Assembly: GCA_038884755.1 (NCBI GenBank)
Contig: JAWABJ010000001.1
Coordinates: 128,001-192,000, forward strand
Length of the DNA: 64,000 bases
Direction of reading: 5' to 3'
Source: Candidatus Norongarragalinales archaeon
Lineage (GTDB): Archaea > Micrarchaeota > Micrarchaeia > Norongarragalinales > Norongarragalinaceae
Shown here: in pieces, positions 30,034-39,961 of the stretch
How the letters are laid out: every line of letters begins with the position of its first letter
How positions within the stretch are numbered: the first letter of the stretch is position 1
The notes under the pieces: model-generated
What the model was told of the DNA's origin: nothing
Databases searched by the model: none
The model's input: only the letters and a program-made list of their open reading frames with translations
Made by a program: the position numbers and the translations under genes

Positions 30034-31845
30034 ATGAAGCACGCTGGGGTTTTTGTCGACGGGAAGTTCGTGGGTTTCGCCGAGAACGGCGAGAAGCTCG
30101 CAAGGGAATTGCGGGAAATGCGCAGGGCCGGCGACGTGCACTCGCAAATCAACATCGCTTTTTATGCGAAAACCAACGAGGTTTTCATAAACACCGACGA
30201 GGGCCGCGTGCGAAGGCCTTTGATCGTGGTGAAAAACGGAAAGCCGTTGCTTTCGAAAGAGCAGGCTGACAAGCTCGAGAAAGGCGAATTGCATTGGAAG
30301 AACCTGGTGGAACAGGGGCTGATCGAGTTTTTGGATGCTGAAGAGGAGGAGAACGCTTTCGTGGCGCTTAAGCCGGAAGACGTCACGCCCGACCACACGC
30401 ACTTGGAAATAGACCATTCTATGATTCTCGGCTTCGCTTCTTCGCAGCTTCCGTATCCCGAGTACAACATGGCGCCCAGGGTTTTGATGTCGGCGCAGCA
30501 CGCGAAGCAGAGCTTGGGCCTTTATGCTTCCAACTTCAATTTGCGAAGCGATACGCGCGCGCACGTTTTGTTCTACCCGCAACAGCCGTTGCTGCAAACC
30601 AGCGCGTACCGCAACTTGCGCTTGAACAAGCGGGCTTCAGGCCAAAACCTCGTGGTCGCCGTCCTTTCCTACAAGGGCTTCAACATGAACGACGCGGTGG
30701 TGTTGAACAAGACGAGCGTCGAGCGAGGCATAGGGCGCAGTGCTTTCATACGCACTTACGGCGCCGTCGAAAGGCGTTATCCAGGCGGGCAGAAGGATTC
30801 GTTCGGGATTCCCGAAGAGTACGTGCAGGGTTTCCTCGGGGAAGAGGCTTACGCTCATTTGGACGAAGACGGCTTTGCAGCGCCTGAAACTGTGGTCAAA
30901 GGCAACGCCGTTCTGGTTGGAAAGTCTTCGCCGCCCAGGTTTTTGAAGGAAATTTCGGCTTTGGAAATGGAGAGCGAACGCAGGCGGGAGTCGAGCGTAA
31001 CCGTGCGGGGCAACGAAGAAGGCACTGTTGATGCGGTTATTCTGAGCGAAACGACTTCCGGGAACAAGATGGTCAAGATTCGCGTGCGCAACACCAACAT
31101 TCCTGAAGTGGGAGACAAGTTCGCTTCGCGCCACGGGCAAAAAGGCGTTGTTTCCATCCTCGTTCCGCAGGAAGACATGCCTGCCACGAAAGACGGGATT
31201 ACTCCCGACTTGATAATCAACCCGCACGCAATTCCCGGCAGAATGACCGCCGGGCATTTGCTTGAAATGCTCGGGGGCAAGGCGAGCGCGTTGAAGGGAA
31301 GCATAGGTGACGCGACTGCGTTTTCCGGAGATAAGCAGGCGGATTTCGAGAAAGTCTTGCTGCAAAACGGTTTCGAGGCTGCGGGGCAGGAAGTGCTTTA
31401 CGACGGCAAGACCGGCGAACGCCTGTACGCAAAGATTTTCATGGGAGTAATTTACTACCAACGCTTGCACCATCTGGTTTCCCTCAAGATGCACGCTCGC
31501 TCGCGCGGGCCGGTGCAAATGCTCACCCACCAGCCGACCGAAGGCCGCGCTCGCGAGGGCGGATTGCGTTTGGGTGAAATGGAAAGGGATTGTTTCATTG
31601 GTTACGGTGCAGCGTCGCTTTTGAAGGAAAGGATGATGGACTCGAGTGACAAGACTGTGGAGTTGGTGTGCGCGAATTGCGGTTCGCTGGCGTATACCGA
31701 CAGGCAGAAGAACAAGAGCTATTGCGCGTTGTGCGAGAGCAGCGACATACAGCCTGTCGAAATGAGCTACGCGTTCAAGCTTTTGCTTGATGAGATGAAG
31801 TCCATAGGAATATTTCCGAAACTGCGTCTTGGAGACCGGGCTTAA
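30034..31845 (+). CDS. rpoB1: RNA polymerase subunit B' (Rpo2C)
   Basis: GDKFASRHGQKG, GGLRLGEMERD. Confidence 0.95.
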   Translation: MKHAGVFVDGKFVGFAENGEKLARELREMRRAGDVHSQINIAFYAKTNEVFINTDEGRVRRPLIVVKNGKPLLSKEQADKLEKGELHWKNLVEQGLIEFLDAEEEENAFVALKPEDVTPDHTHLEIDHSMILGFASSQLPYPEYNMAPRVLMSAQHAKQSLGLYASNFNLRSDTRAHVLFYPQQPLLQTSAYRNLRLNKRASGQNLVVAVLSYKGFNMNDAVVLNKTSVERGIGRSAFIRTYGAVERRYPGGQKDSFGIPEEYVQGFLGEEAYAHLDEDGFAAPETVVKGNAVLVGKSSPPRFLKEISALEMESERRRESSVTVRGNEEGTVDAVILSETTSGNKMVKIRVRNTNIPEVGDKFASRHGQKGVVSILVPQEDMPATKDGITPDLIINPHAIPGRMTAGHLLEMLGGKASALKGSIGDATAFSGDKQADFEKVLLQNGFEAAGQEVLYDGKTGERLYAKIFMGVIYYQRLHHLVSLKMHARSRGPVQMLTHQPTEGRAREGGLRLGEMERDCFIGYGAASLLKERMMDSSDKTVELVCANCGSLAYTDRQKNKSYCALCESSDIQPVEMSYAFKLLLDEMKSIGIFPKLRLGDRA

Positions 31846-31855
31846 GGGTGGAAAA

Positions 31856-34800
31856 ATGAAGGTCGTAAAAGCAATTGGTTTTTCGATATACTCGCCTGAG
31901 AACGTGCGTAAGATGAGCGCCGCGAAAATCACCGTTCCAGACACTTACGACGAGGACGGCTACCCCATCAGCGGGGGCCTGGCAGACCAGCGCTTGGGCG
32001 TTGTAGACCCCGGCTTGAAGTGCCGCACGTGCGGAGGAAGGATGAAAGACTGTCCCGGGCACTCGGGGCACATCGAGCTCGTGAGGCCGGTGATTCACGT
32101 CGGTTTCGCAAAGCTCATTTACAATTTGCTGAAAGCCACTTGCAGGAAATGCGGAAGGCTCATGCACTACGCTTCGCGCGTCGAGGAAGCCAAAAAATCG
32201 CTGGAATGCCCGCATTGTGGCGAGAAGCAGAGGAAAGTCAAGTTCGTAAAGCCCAGCGCTTTTTACGAGGAAGACCGCAAGCTCTTTCCCAACGAAATCA
32301 GAGAGCGTTTGGAGCACATTCCTGACGATGACTTGCGCACGTTGGGCGTTGCAATTCGCCCCGAGTGGGCAGTGCTCACCGTTTTGATAGTCCCTCCAGT
32401 CACAGTCCGCCCTTCTATCACTCTCGAAACTGGGGAAAGGAGCGAGGACGATTTGACGCACAAGCTCGTGGACATTCTTCGAATCAACCAGCGTTTGGAA
32501 GAGAATATCGACGCGGGCGCGCCGCAGCTTATAATAGAAGACTTGTGGGAATTGCTGCAATACCACGTTACCACTTACTACGACAACGAGACTTCCGGAA
32601 TTCCTCCTGCGCGACACCGTTCGGGGCGCCAGCTTAAGACTTTGTTCCAGCGTTTGAAGGGCAAGGAAGGGCGCTTTCGCTACAATCTCAGCGGAAAGAG
32701 GGTAAACTTTTCGGCCCGCACCGTGATTTCTCCCGACCCAACGCTGGGAATAAACGAGTTGGGCGTGCCGATGGAAATTGCGAGAGAGCTTACCGTTCCG
32801 GTCAGCGTGACGCAATGGAATTTGGAGAACGTGAAGGAAATGATTCGCGCTCGCGCCGAGGCCATAAATTACGTAATCCGCCCAGACGGGAAGAGGAAGA
32901 AAATCACTACCGCCAACATAGAAGAGGTTTTGACCGAGCTTACGCCGGGCTATACTGTGGAAAGGCAGCTGTTCGACGGCGACGTAGTGATATTCAACAG
33001 GCAGCCTTCCCTCCACCGCGTTTCGATGTTGTGCCATGAAGTCAAGGTTTTGCCTGGAAAAACGTTCCGCTTTAACGTCGCAAATTGCAACCCGTACAAT
33101 GCCGACTTCGACGGAGATGAAATGAACATTCACGTTCCGCAGACTGAAGAGGCGCAGGCTGAAGCCGAACTGCTGATGAAAGTTCAGGATAACATCCTCT
33201 CGCCGCGCAACGGCTCTCCGCTTATCGCGCCCGACTTGGACCAAATCACGGGATTGTATTTGCTTTCGCTCGACGATTTCGTTGTTACTAAAAAGGAAGC
33301 TTGCAATTTGCTTAACGCAGCTGGAGTGGATGGCGCGTTGGAAAAAAGCTTGGTGAGCGGCAAGGAAATTTATTCCATGATATTGCCTGAAAAGTTCGAC
33401 TTGGAGCTTGAAGGCAAGGGTGGAAACAAAGTCCGCATAAAGAACGGGAAGCTCACCGAAGGGTTTTTGGACGCGCACGCCAACCGCACCGTCGTGAGAC
33501 GAATTTTCGACGAGTTTGGGAGTGAGGAAGCTCGAAAGTACGTTGACAAGGCGACCAAGCTTTCGGTCGAGCTTGCATACCGCTACGGGTTTTCGCTGAG
33601 CTTGAAGGACTATTACTTGCCCGAATCGGCGATTGCGGAAATAACCAAGCTTTACGACGAGGGCAGGCAGCGGCTCGTAGAGCTCGTGAGGAAATACAAG
33701 ACCAGGAAGCTTGAACGGCTTCCGGGAAAGACGCTCAAGGAAACTCTCGAAGAGCAGGTAATGAACATCGTCGAACTCATACGCTTCCACTGCTGGACTA
33801 TAGTCAAGGAAAAAATTTCTAAAACCGCCGTAGAAATTAACGGCAGGCAGTTCGAGCACAATTCTTCCCTGCTCATGGCACAGGCCGGGGTGAAGAACAA
33901 GCCCATCAACGTCGTGCAGATGACCGCGCTGGTGGGACAGCAGGCCGTCCGCGGAAAGAGGCCCGCCGCAGGATTCAAGAAAAGGCTTTTGCCGCACTTC
34001 AGGCGTGGCGATTTGGGCGACGCGGCGCGCGGTTTCGTCAAAAACAATTACAAGAGCGGGTTGAATGCCGTCGAGTATTTCTTCCACGCTGCGGGAGGAA
34101 GGGACAGCGTGGTCGACAAGGGAGTTAACCCGGCAAAGACTGGTTACATGCAACGCCGTCTCATTAATGCATTACAGGATTTGATCGTAAAGGAAGACGC
34201 GAGCGTCAGGGACAGCGAAGGAAAAATAGTACAGTTCAAGTACGGCGGGGACGGAATCGACCCTTCGACTGGAAAGCAAATCGCTTACGGCGAGCCTGTC
34301 GGGGTTATCGAGGCGCAGAGCATCGGCGAGCCCGGAACTCAAATGACTTTGCGCACTTTCCACTATGCCGGCGTAGCTTCGCTGGCGCAATTCGGCTTCA
34401 CGCGTTTGGTAGAGTTGGTGGACGCCCGCAAATCGCCGAAAAAGCCGGTCATGGAAATTTGCCTGAAGAAAAGCATTGCAGGCGATTTCGAGAAAGTCAA
34501 GACGATAGCTGCCAGCATCGAAAGCGTGGTTTTGGAGGACGTTGCGGAAACCAAGGAGAATTTCGACCGGAAGGCGATTACCATAACCCTCAACCCATTG
34601 CTGCTCAAGGACAAGGGAATCCGCGAAAAGGCGATTTTGGACGAGATTGGTAAAATAACCCCCAACTTCAAGCACGAAGGACACGAGATTGTGATTAAAA
34701 CGAAGGAAGAGTCCCTCAAGGCCGTACGTAAGTTGACTCTACGCTTCAAGGAATTGCATTTGGGCGGAGTCAAGGGAATAAGGAAAGCGATTATCGTGGA

Positions 34801-35263
34801 AAAGAAGACCGAAGGCGGGAAGGAGTACACCATCGCAACCGAAGGCTCTAATCTCGAAGACATTCTCAAGCTGGAAGAAATAGACTCTCACCGCACGAGC
34901 ACGAACGACATCATGGAAATAGGGCGCGTTCTCGGGATAGAAGCGGCGCGAAACGCGATTATCCAGGAAATAAAGAAAGTGTTGGACACGCAGGACTTGA
35001 CTGTCGACGAAAGGCACATAATGCTCATCGCCGACGCCATGACTTTCTTGGGCGGAGTGAAGAGCGTTGGAAGGCACGGGCTTGCAGGGCAAAAGAAAAG
35101 CGTGCTTGCGCGCGCGGCGTTCGAAGAGACCGCAAAGCATTTGCTGAACGCATGCATTTACGGAGAGGAAGACCCGCTGAAAGGCATAGCGGAAAACATC
35201 ATCATCGGGCAAACAATCCCTGCTGGAACCGGCACAGTGCAACTGGAAATGAAGCTCGAGTGA
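31856..35263 (+). CDS. rpoA: RNA polymerase subunit A, A' and A'' fused in one ORF
   Basis: NADFDGDEMN and, in the same frame, AQSIGEPGTQMTLRTFH and ENIIIGQ. Confidence 0.95.
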   Translation: MKVVKAIGFSIYSPENVRKMSAAKITVPDTYDEDGYPISGGLADQRLGVVDPGLKCRTCGGRMKDCPGHSGHIELVRPVIHVGFAKLIYNLLKATCRKCGRLMHYASRVEEAKKSLECPHCGEKQRKVKFVKPSAFYEEDRKLFPNEIRERLEHIPDDDLRTLGVAIRPEWAVLTVLIVPPVTVRPSITLETGERSEDDLTHKLVDILRINQRLEENIDAGAPQLIIEDLWELLQYHVTTYYDNETSGIPPARHRSGRQLKTLFQRLKGKEGRFRYNLSGKRVNFSARTVISPDPTLGINELGVPMEIARELTVPVSVTQWNLENVKEMIRARAEAINYVIRPDGKRKKITTANIEEVLTELTPGYTVERQLFDGDVVIFNRQPSLHRVSMLCHEVKVLPGKTFRFNVANCNPYNADFDGDEMNIHVPQTEEAQAEAELLMKVQDNILSPRNGSPLIAPDLDQITGLYLLSLDDFVVTKKEACNLLNAAGVDGALEKSLVSGKEIYSMILPEKFDLELEGKGGNKVRIKNGKLTEGFLDAHANRTVVRRIFDEFGSEEARKYVDKATKLSVELAYRYGFSLSLKDYYLPESAIAEITKLYDEGRQRLVELVRKYKTRKLERLPGKTLKETLEEQVMNIVELIRFHCWTIVKEKISKTAVEINGRQFEHNSSLLMAQAGVKNKPINVVQMTALVGQQAVRGKRPAAGFKKRLLPHFRRGDLGDAARGFVKNNYKSGLNAVEYFFHAAGGRDSVVDKGVNPAKTGYMQRRLINALQDLIVKEDASVRDSEGKIVQFKYGGDGIDPSTGKQIAYGEPVGVIEAQSIGEPGTQMTLRTFHYAGVASLAQFGFTRLVELVDARKSPKKPVMEICLKKSIAGDFEKVKTIAASIESVVLEDVAETKENFDRKAITITLNPLLLKDKGIREKAILDEIGKITPNFKHEGHEIVIKTKEESLKAVRKLTLRFKELHLGGVKGIRKAIIVEKKTEGGKEYTIATEGSNLEDILKLEEIDSHRTSTNDIMEIGRVLGIEAARNAIIQEIKKVLDTQDLTVDERHIMLIADAMTFLGGVKSVGRHGLAGQKKSVLARAAFEETAKHLLNACIYGEEDPLKGIAENIIIGQTIPAGTGTVQLEMKLE

Positions 35264-35354
35264 CGAGATTCATTTTTGCCTTCTCTTCTTGGTTTATGCG
35301 AAAAAGTTAATGACCTTTCAGCAAAGGGTTTAGTGTTCGCTGGGAGGGTGTTGC

Positions 35355-35777
35355 ATGAACCTGTTTTCTTTTTTGGTTGCTTTCGTTTTGCTTGTTTCCG
35401 CTTCGCTGGTTTTCTCTTCGGATGGGGAAACGGGTGAAGCAGGGGTTACCCCTGTTCGGCTTCCGGATTACGTGGTCTGGCCTTTCAGGGCGGACAAGTT
35501 CGGAGACGGCGTAAGGGTTCAAGCCGTTACGCTCAACCACGGGCAAGGAGATGCGAAGCCGCACGAGAGTTCTTTCACGCGCATAATTGCAAACTCGAAC
35601 GCAACGGATTTTCCAGTTACGCCTCTCAGGCGCGGGCAGCCTTCTAGTCTCCACGTCGTAGATTTCAAGTGCAAGAAAGGAAACAATGTTTTCATCACTG
35701 CGATAGCCGATTTCTACGGAAGCGTGGAAGAGTCGGACGAAACGAACAACGCCGTTTCCACGAGAGTAGTGTGCTGA
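35355..35777 (+). CDS. secreted CARDB-like protein
   Basis: Signal peptide; PDYVV, ADFYGSVEESDETNN. Confidence 0.7.
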   Translation: MNLFSFLVAFVLLVSASLVFSSDGETGEAGVTPVRLPDYVVWPFRADKFGDGVRVQAVTLNHGQGDAKPHESSFTRIIANSNATDFPVTPLRRGQPSSLHVVDFKCKKGNNVFITAIADFYGSVEESDETNNAVSTRVVC

Positions 35778-35874
35778 GATGCTTTTGCGCAACGCGCCCG
35801 CGAGAATAGTTTCGTTTAAATACCGCTTGTTTTAATGTTATGAAACAGTTTTTTAGAGAGGAGGGGATGCGTAG

Positions 35875-36060
35875 ATGGCTATGGCGGCGAATTGCGTGTG
35901 CGGAATGCACGCGTGCGGAAAGTGTAGTCCAATGCTTTTGCTGTTCGGGATTTTGTTCCTTATAGCGAGCTTGGGAGTTTACACGGCTTCTTGGTTCAAC
36001 GGCTGGACCATTCTCGGCGTGTTCTTCGTCCTTTGGGGCGGCATGTCGATGATGAAGTAA
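35875..36060 (+). CDS. small membrane protein with Cys/His-rich N-terminus
   Basis: GAGGGG RBS; CVCGMHACGKC then two TM; followed by a terminator. Confidence 0.6.
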   Translation: MAMAANCVCGMHACGKCSPMLLLFGILFLIASLGVYTASWFNGWTILGVFFVLWGGMSMMK

Positions 36061-36069
36061 GTTTCAACG

Positions 36070-36107
36070 AAAAAAAAGGGCTTTTTTTGAAAAGCCCTTT
36101 TTTTTTT
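36070..36107. terminator. 16-bp hairpin flanked by A and T tracts
   Basis: AAAAAAAAGGGCTTTT / AAAAGCCCTTTTTTTT followed by more T. Confidence 0.65.
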
Positions 36108-36178
36108 CCTTCTTTTGTGCATTTGCTTAAGGCGCGGTTTTGTTTCGTTTAGTTTTTCGTTTGGCGGGCGTGATTTGA

Positions 36179-36679
36179 GTGGTTTTTGCAGAAGCGTGGA
36201 TTGAAATCGCTTTCGTTTCCCTGTTGTTTTCAATCGCGGCGTTCGCCGCGAACAAGACTCTCGGGCAGAGGGACAAGGTGAAGGAACTGCAGAAGGAAAC
36301 ACAGGCCTACCAGAAGGAAATGCAAAAGGCGGTTTTGGCCAAGGACGAGAAGAAGATCGAGGAGCTGCAAAAGCGGGAGAAGGAAGTCAACGAGAAGATG
36401 ATGCAGATGCTCATGCTGCCTTGGAAGGCGAGCATCGTCATGCTTCCGATAGCGTGGATTTTGATTTCGTTCGTCCTGCCTTTTTTTTACAAGGGCTTCG
36501 TCATACTCCTTCCTTTCGACATCCACTTGGGCGCCTTGCTTTCCTGGACTTTTTACACCAACGTTTTCCGCACTGCCGCTTACGGCACGACCGGGTTTTT
36601 CATAGTATGCTCTATAGTGTTCGGGTTGCTTTTGGAAAAGTTCGGAAACATGGCGTGGCCCGCCAAAACTCAGCCTTAG
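36179..36679 (+). CDS. EMC3/TMCO1 (DUF106, Oxa1 superfamily) membrane insertase
   Basis: TM, coiled coil, Met-rich segment, TMs; lies upstream of cmk. Confidence 0.8.
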   Translation: MVFAEAWIEIAFVSLLFSIAAFAANKTLGQRDKVKELQKETQAYQKEMQKAVLAKDEKKIEELQKREKEVNEKMMQMLMLPWKASIVMLPIAWILISFVLPFFYKGFVILLPFDIHLGALLSWTFYTNVFRTAAYGTTGFFIVCSIVFGLLLEKFGNMAWPAKTQP

Positions 36680-36737
36680 CAAACCGCTTGCGACCTCATC
36701 TTTTTAAGCGAAAGCGCGGTTATCCTAAGCGGGTGGA

Positions 36738-37397
36738 ATGTTGAAAATACAGGCTGATTTCGCTTTGTTCATGGCATTCCTGGTTTTGGTGATTCTGGGA
36801 ATTTTCCTTCTCCTTCCTTCCGCTTTGGAGCGGCCCAAGCATTTCGCTTGCGTAAACCAGGCTTGCGTAGAGGTTGAAGGCGCAGGGCCTGACTATTGTT
36901 CGGATTCGCAAGACTGCGCTCCAAAACCCACTGTTTTCGAATCTACAGTCCAGCCTTCGGTTCCGGCTGAATTCGAGGAAACGCCCCTCGCGAACCTCAC
37001 GCGCGAGTGCGCTGAAAAGTTTTCCTACGCCTTTTCCAAAAACGACGTTTCGTCGTGCGTCATCGACGGCTGTCCGCTTTCCACCCACTATTGCCAGGCT
37101 GCAGTGGCGGATTTCGAGTGCGTGGGCGTGGTGCAGGGCTCGGGAAACCAGTCGAAAAGGGACTTGTGCGAATTGAATTTCGCTATAAACAGCGGCGGCA
37201 TCGAGCAGTGCGGTTACTTGCCCGAGCCCGCTAAGCAGTATTGCATTGCTTTGAAGGAAAAGAGCGTTGCGAAGTGCTCCGAGATTCCGAACAAGTTTTT
37301 GAAAGACATTTGCCCCGGAGTGATAGGCGTGTTGACTAAAAACAAGCGGTTGTGCAGCGAAGATTACGCCGAGTGCTTCGCTTTAATAGGCGGATGA
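36738..37397 (+). CDS. N-anchored Cys-rich extracellular protein
   Basis: N-terminal TM, many Cys, C..I......C repeats. Confidence 0.7.
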   Translation: MLKIQADFALFMAFLVLVILGIFLLLPSALERPKHFACVNQACVEVEGAGPDYCSDSQDCAPKPTVFESTVQPSVPAEFEETPLANLTRECAEKFSYAFSKNDVSSCVIDGCPLSTHYCQAAVADFECVGVVQGSGNQSKRDLCELNFAINSGGIEQCGYLPEPAKQYCIALKEKSVAKCSEIPNKFLKDICPGVIGVLTKNKRLCSEDYAECFALIGG

Positions 37398-37401
37398 AAA
37401 A

Positions 37402-39357
37402 ATGGTTTTGCGAGCGCACCAGAAGTTAAGCGTATTGTTTTTTTCCGTTCTAGCAATAGCTTTGCTTTTCACGGCGTTTTCCAACGAAAGTTCTTCCTAC
37501 TCGGGACAGTCGCGTTCGCTTTCGTTCGAGAAAGCGAGTGCTTCCCCTGAAGGTTCTGCCAGCCCTTCTCCGAGCGGAGAGGCGAGCCCTACTGGTGTTG
37601 CTTCGCCTTCCGCATCTGCTTCTCCGACTTGCTCTCCGCCTCCTGGCGGTTGTGGAAGCCGCTGTACGAGTTCTACCGAACGGGTGAGCAGGGTTTGGGA
37701 CCAGAACGCTTGCGCTTGCGTTGACGACGGGCCTTTGCCGTCGTGCGCTTGCGGCAATGGGGCGGAGTGCAGCACGTGCTATTGCGAGGACGTTACTTAC
37801 AACGGCGTTCCTGCTGCAGTGTGCCGTTCTACTGGCGGTGATTGCGGAAACCCGTATTGCGCGAGCGGAAGCAGGAGCTGCCAGGACGTTTGCGGCGCGA
37901 ACGGTTTTTGCGAGCCGAGGTGCAACAATTGCGCAGGACCAAACGGGTGGAATTGCTACGCGGAATCATGCAATTCTGGCACTGGTCGTTGCTCGCAGGA
38001 TTGTTCTTTGACAGACGGCACTACCCCCGGATTATGCGGGACCGCCGGATTTCCCTGTTCTAAAAACAAGCGTTGCCAGAGTTGCGAGTGCGCTTGGGAG
38101 CCTTTGAACTGTTGTCCCGGCAACGCGCCGGCTTGCTTGGAGTGCGTTAATTTCTATCAATTCATACGCCATTACTGCAATCCCGTGACCGAGTCCTGCA
38201 GCCAGGACGGCCCGTATTCCTGCCCGCCGAGTTTTTGCGGTTCAGACCCGTGGTTCGGCTACGGGAACGCTTGCACTTACTGGGACTTTTTGGGTTGCAC
38301 GCAAAGGGGTTTGGGCATAGCTTGCCCCTACTTTTCCAACTTGCAGCCCGACCCGCGTTGCGGGTCTCGGTGCGTGGGTGGTTCTCCCACTCCGACAGCT
38401 TCCCCTTCGCCTTCCAACACTCCTTCGCCTTCGGTTTCCCCGCCACCTTGCATTTACAATTGCATAAACGGTTTTTGTTCGAACGACCCGAACCGTTCTT
38501 GCCAGTATAACGGCGATTTCAGGTGTTGCGTTGAAGTGAGCGCAAGCCCTTCTCCCTACGCTTCCCCTTCGCCTTCCAACACTCCTTCGCCTTCGGGCAG
38601 TCCTTCTCCCAGCGGCAGTCCGTCGCCTTCGCCTTCCAACACTCCTTCGCCTTCGGGCTCCGCCTCCCCGTCTAGCTCTCCTTCTGCAAGTCCTTCCGTT
38701 TCAGGCTCTCCTTCCGGCAGTCCTTCGCCTTCCGCCAGCGTGGGTGGTTCTCCCAGCCCTTCAAACGGAGGAGCCGGTTTTTGCGGCGACAGGATAATCC
38801 AGCCTCCTGAAGAGTGCGATACTGACGACGGCGTGTGCAAAATTCGCGGTCCGACTTACGCTTGCAGCGTGGCTTGCGAGTGTTTTGATGCGGAAGGGTT
38901 TTACGGCGGGATAGTGAAGCTTCCTGACGTGAAAATAGTGAGCGGAACGCAGGTTGAAAGCGCTGAACTCGCAGTGTTATACAACCACGCTTCAGACGGG
39001 TTGGGTGCAAGCGAAGGCGACATAGGCAATTTCTTTTCGATTTTGGTTGACGACAGGAATATAATTACGCAGTGCTTGGAGCAAGAGCCCGCTTGCCTGC
39101 GCTACGGCGGCGAACCAGGGGTTTTCGTTCTCACGCTTTCGCCGCAGTTGCTTGGCTTGCAGTCTCAAGAGCTTCCAGAAGGTTCTTACCGAATCAAGGC
39201 CATAGTGCGCGAAAACGGGGTTTTCTACGAGGCGAACGCGCCCAACGCGCTAATAGTGCAGAGGCAGGAAACCTCGCTGCCCGAAACCGACTTTCTCGTC
39301 GTGTTGTTTTTCGCCTTGCTCGCGGCGTTCGCAATGCGCACTTCGCGGAAGCGATAG
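37402..39357 (+). CDS. Cys-rich, Ser/Pro-repeat surface protein with LPETD-TM-basic C-terminus
   Basis: Signal peptide, Cys-rich blocks, SPSPSG tracts, CGDRIIQPPEECD. Confidence 0.8.
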   Translation: MVLRAHQKLSVLFFSVLAIALLFTAFSNESSSYSGQSRSLSFEKASASPEGSASPSPSGEASPTGVASPSASASPTCSPPPGGCGSRCTSSTERVSRVWDQNACACVDDGPLPSCACGNGAECSTCYCEDVTYNGVPAAVCRSTGGDCGNPYCASGSRSCQDVCGANGFCEPRCNNCAGPNGWNCYAESCNSGTGRCSQDCSLTDGTTPGLCGTAGFPCSKNKRCQSCECAWEPLNCCPGNAPACLECVNFYQFIRHYCNPVTESCSQDGPYSCPPSFCGSDPWFGYGNACTYWDFLGCTQRGLGIACPYFSNLQPDPRCGSRCVGGSPTPTASPSPSNTPSPSVSPPPCIYNCINGFCSNDPNRSCQYNGDFRCCVEVSASPSPYASPSPSNTPSPSGSPSPSGSPSPSPSNTPSPSGSASPSSSPSASPSVSGSPSGSPSPSASVGGSPSPSNGGAGFCGDRIIQPPEECDTDDGVCKIRGPTYACSVACECFDAEGFYGGIVKLPDVKIVSGTQVESAELAVLYNHASDGLGASEGDIGNFFSILVDDRNIITQCLEQEPACLRYGGEPGVFVLTLSPQLLGLQSQELPEGSYRIKAIVRENGVFYEANAPNALIVQRQETSLPETDFLVVLFFALLAAFAMRTSRKR

Positions 39358-39406
39358 CGCGCCGTTCAGATGTTTTAAAAAGCACTTTCGTCTGATTAAT
39401 TGCGAG

Positions 39407-39961
39407 ATGGGCGCGGAGAAAATAATCCTTGTGGCGGCTTTGCTTTTCGTGGTTATCGCTTTGTTTGTCTGGCAGCCGTTCCGCCCGCCTTTACCTTCGC
39501 CAACGCCTTCGGTTTTGATTCCAACACCGACGGCTTCTATTCCTTCGCCAGTAGACTTGCAGGCTGAATGTAACAAGAAGCTTTCCGACGCAATACGCTT
39601 GTTCAGCCCTGGCGCGTGTGAACAGATTTCCTGCGAAGAGCAGAAGAATTACTGCTTGGGAGTGCTGGGGAAGGACGTGCAGGCTTGCGAAAAGCTTGAA
39701 ACGCAAGATTACAAGGACGTTTGCTACGGCAACATGGCTTCGAAATTAAAGGCGAGGGAATTGTGCGACAGGATTGCGAACGGCGACAGGAAAAACTATT
39801 GCTTGTTGGGCTTCGACCCGAAGGAATCTTATTGTGATGCTATGGTTTTGCACTCGTTCAAGGACAATTGCTACCACCGGCTTGCGATAGTGTTGAAAGA
39901 CGCTTCTTATTGCGAGAAGATAAGTAGTAATTCCACCAGGGCGCGTTGCGCTGGTCGATGA
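39407..39961 (+). CDS. N-anchored Cys-repeat protein
   Basis: TM, Pro-rich linker, C..I.....K..CY repeats. Confidence 0.7.
   Translation: MGAEKIILVAALLFVVIALFVWQPFRPPLPSPTPSVLIPTPTASIPSPVDLQAECNKKLSDAIRLFSPGACEQISCEEQKNYCLGVLGKDVQACEKLETQDYKDVCYGNMASKLKARELCDRIANGDRKNYCLLGFDPKESYCDAMVLHSFKDNCYHRLAIVLKDASYCEKISSNSTRARCAGR

Noticed and set aside
31775..34153. 792-aa antisense ORF, and similar long shadows such as 8139-9503, 30637-31944 and 54906-56027
   Set aside because: They lie opposite well-conserved genes and have no recognisable motifs; codon-bias shadows.
36070..36107. Another copy of the hairpin + mirror element
   Set aside because: A perfect hairpin but with no third mirrored purine tract; treated as a terminator-like structure.
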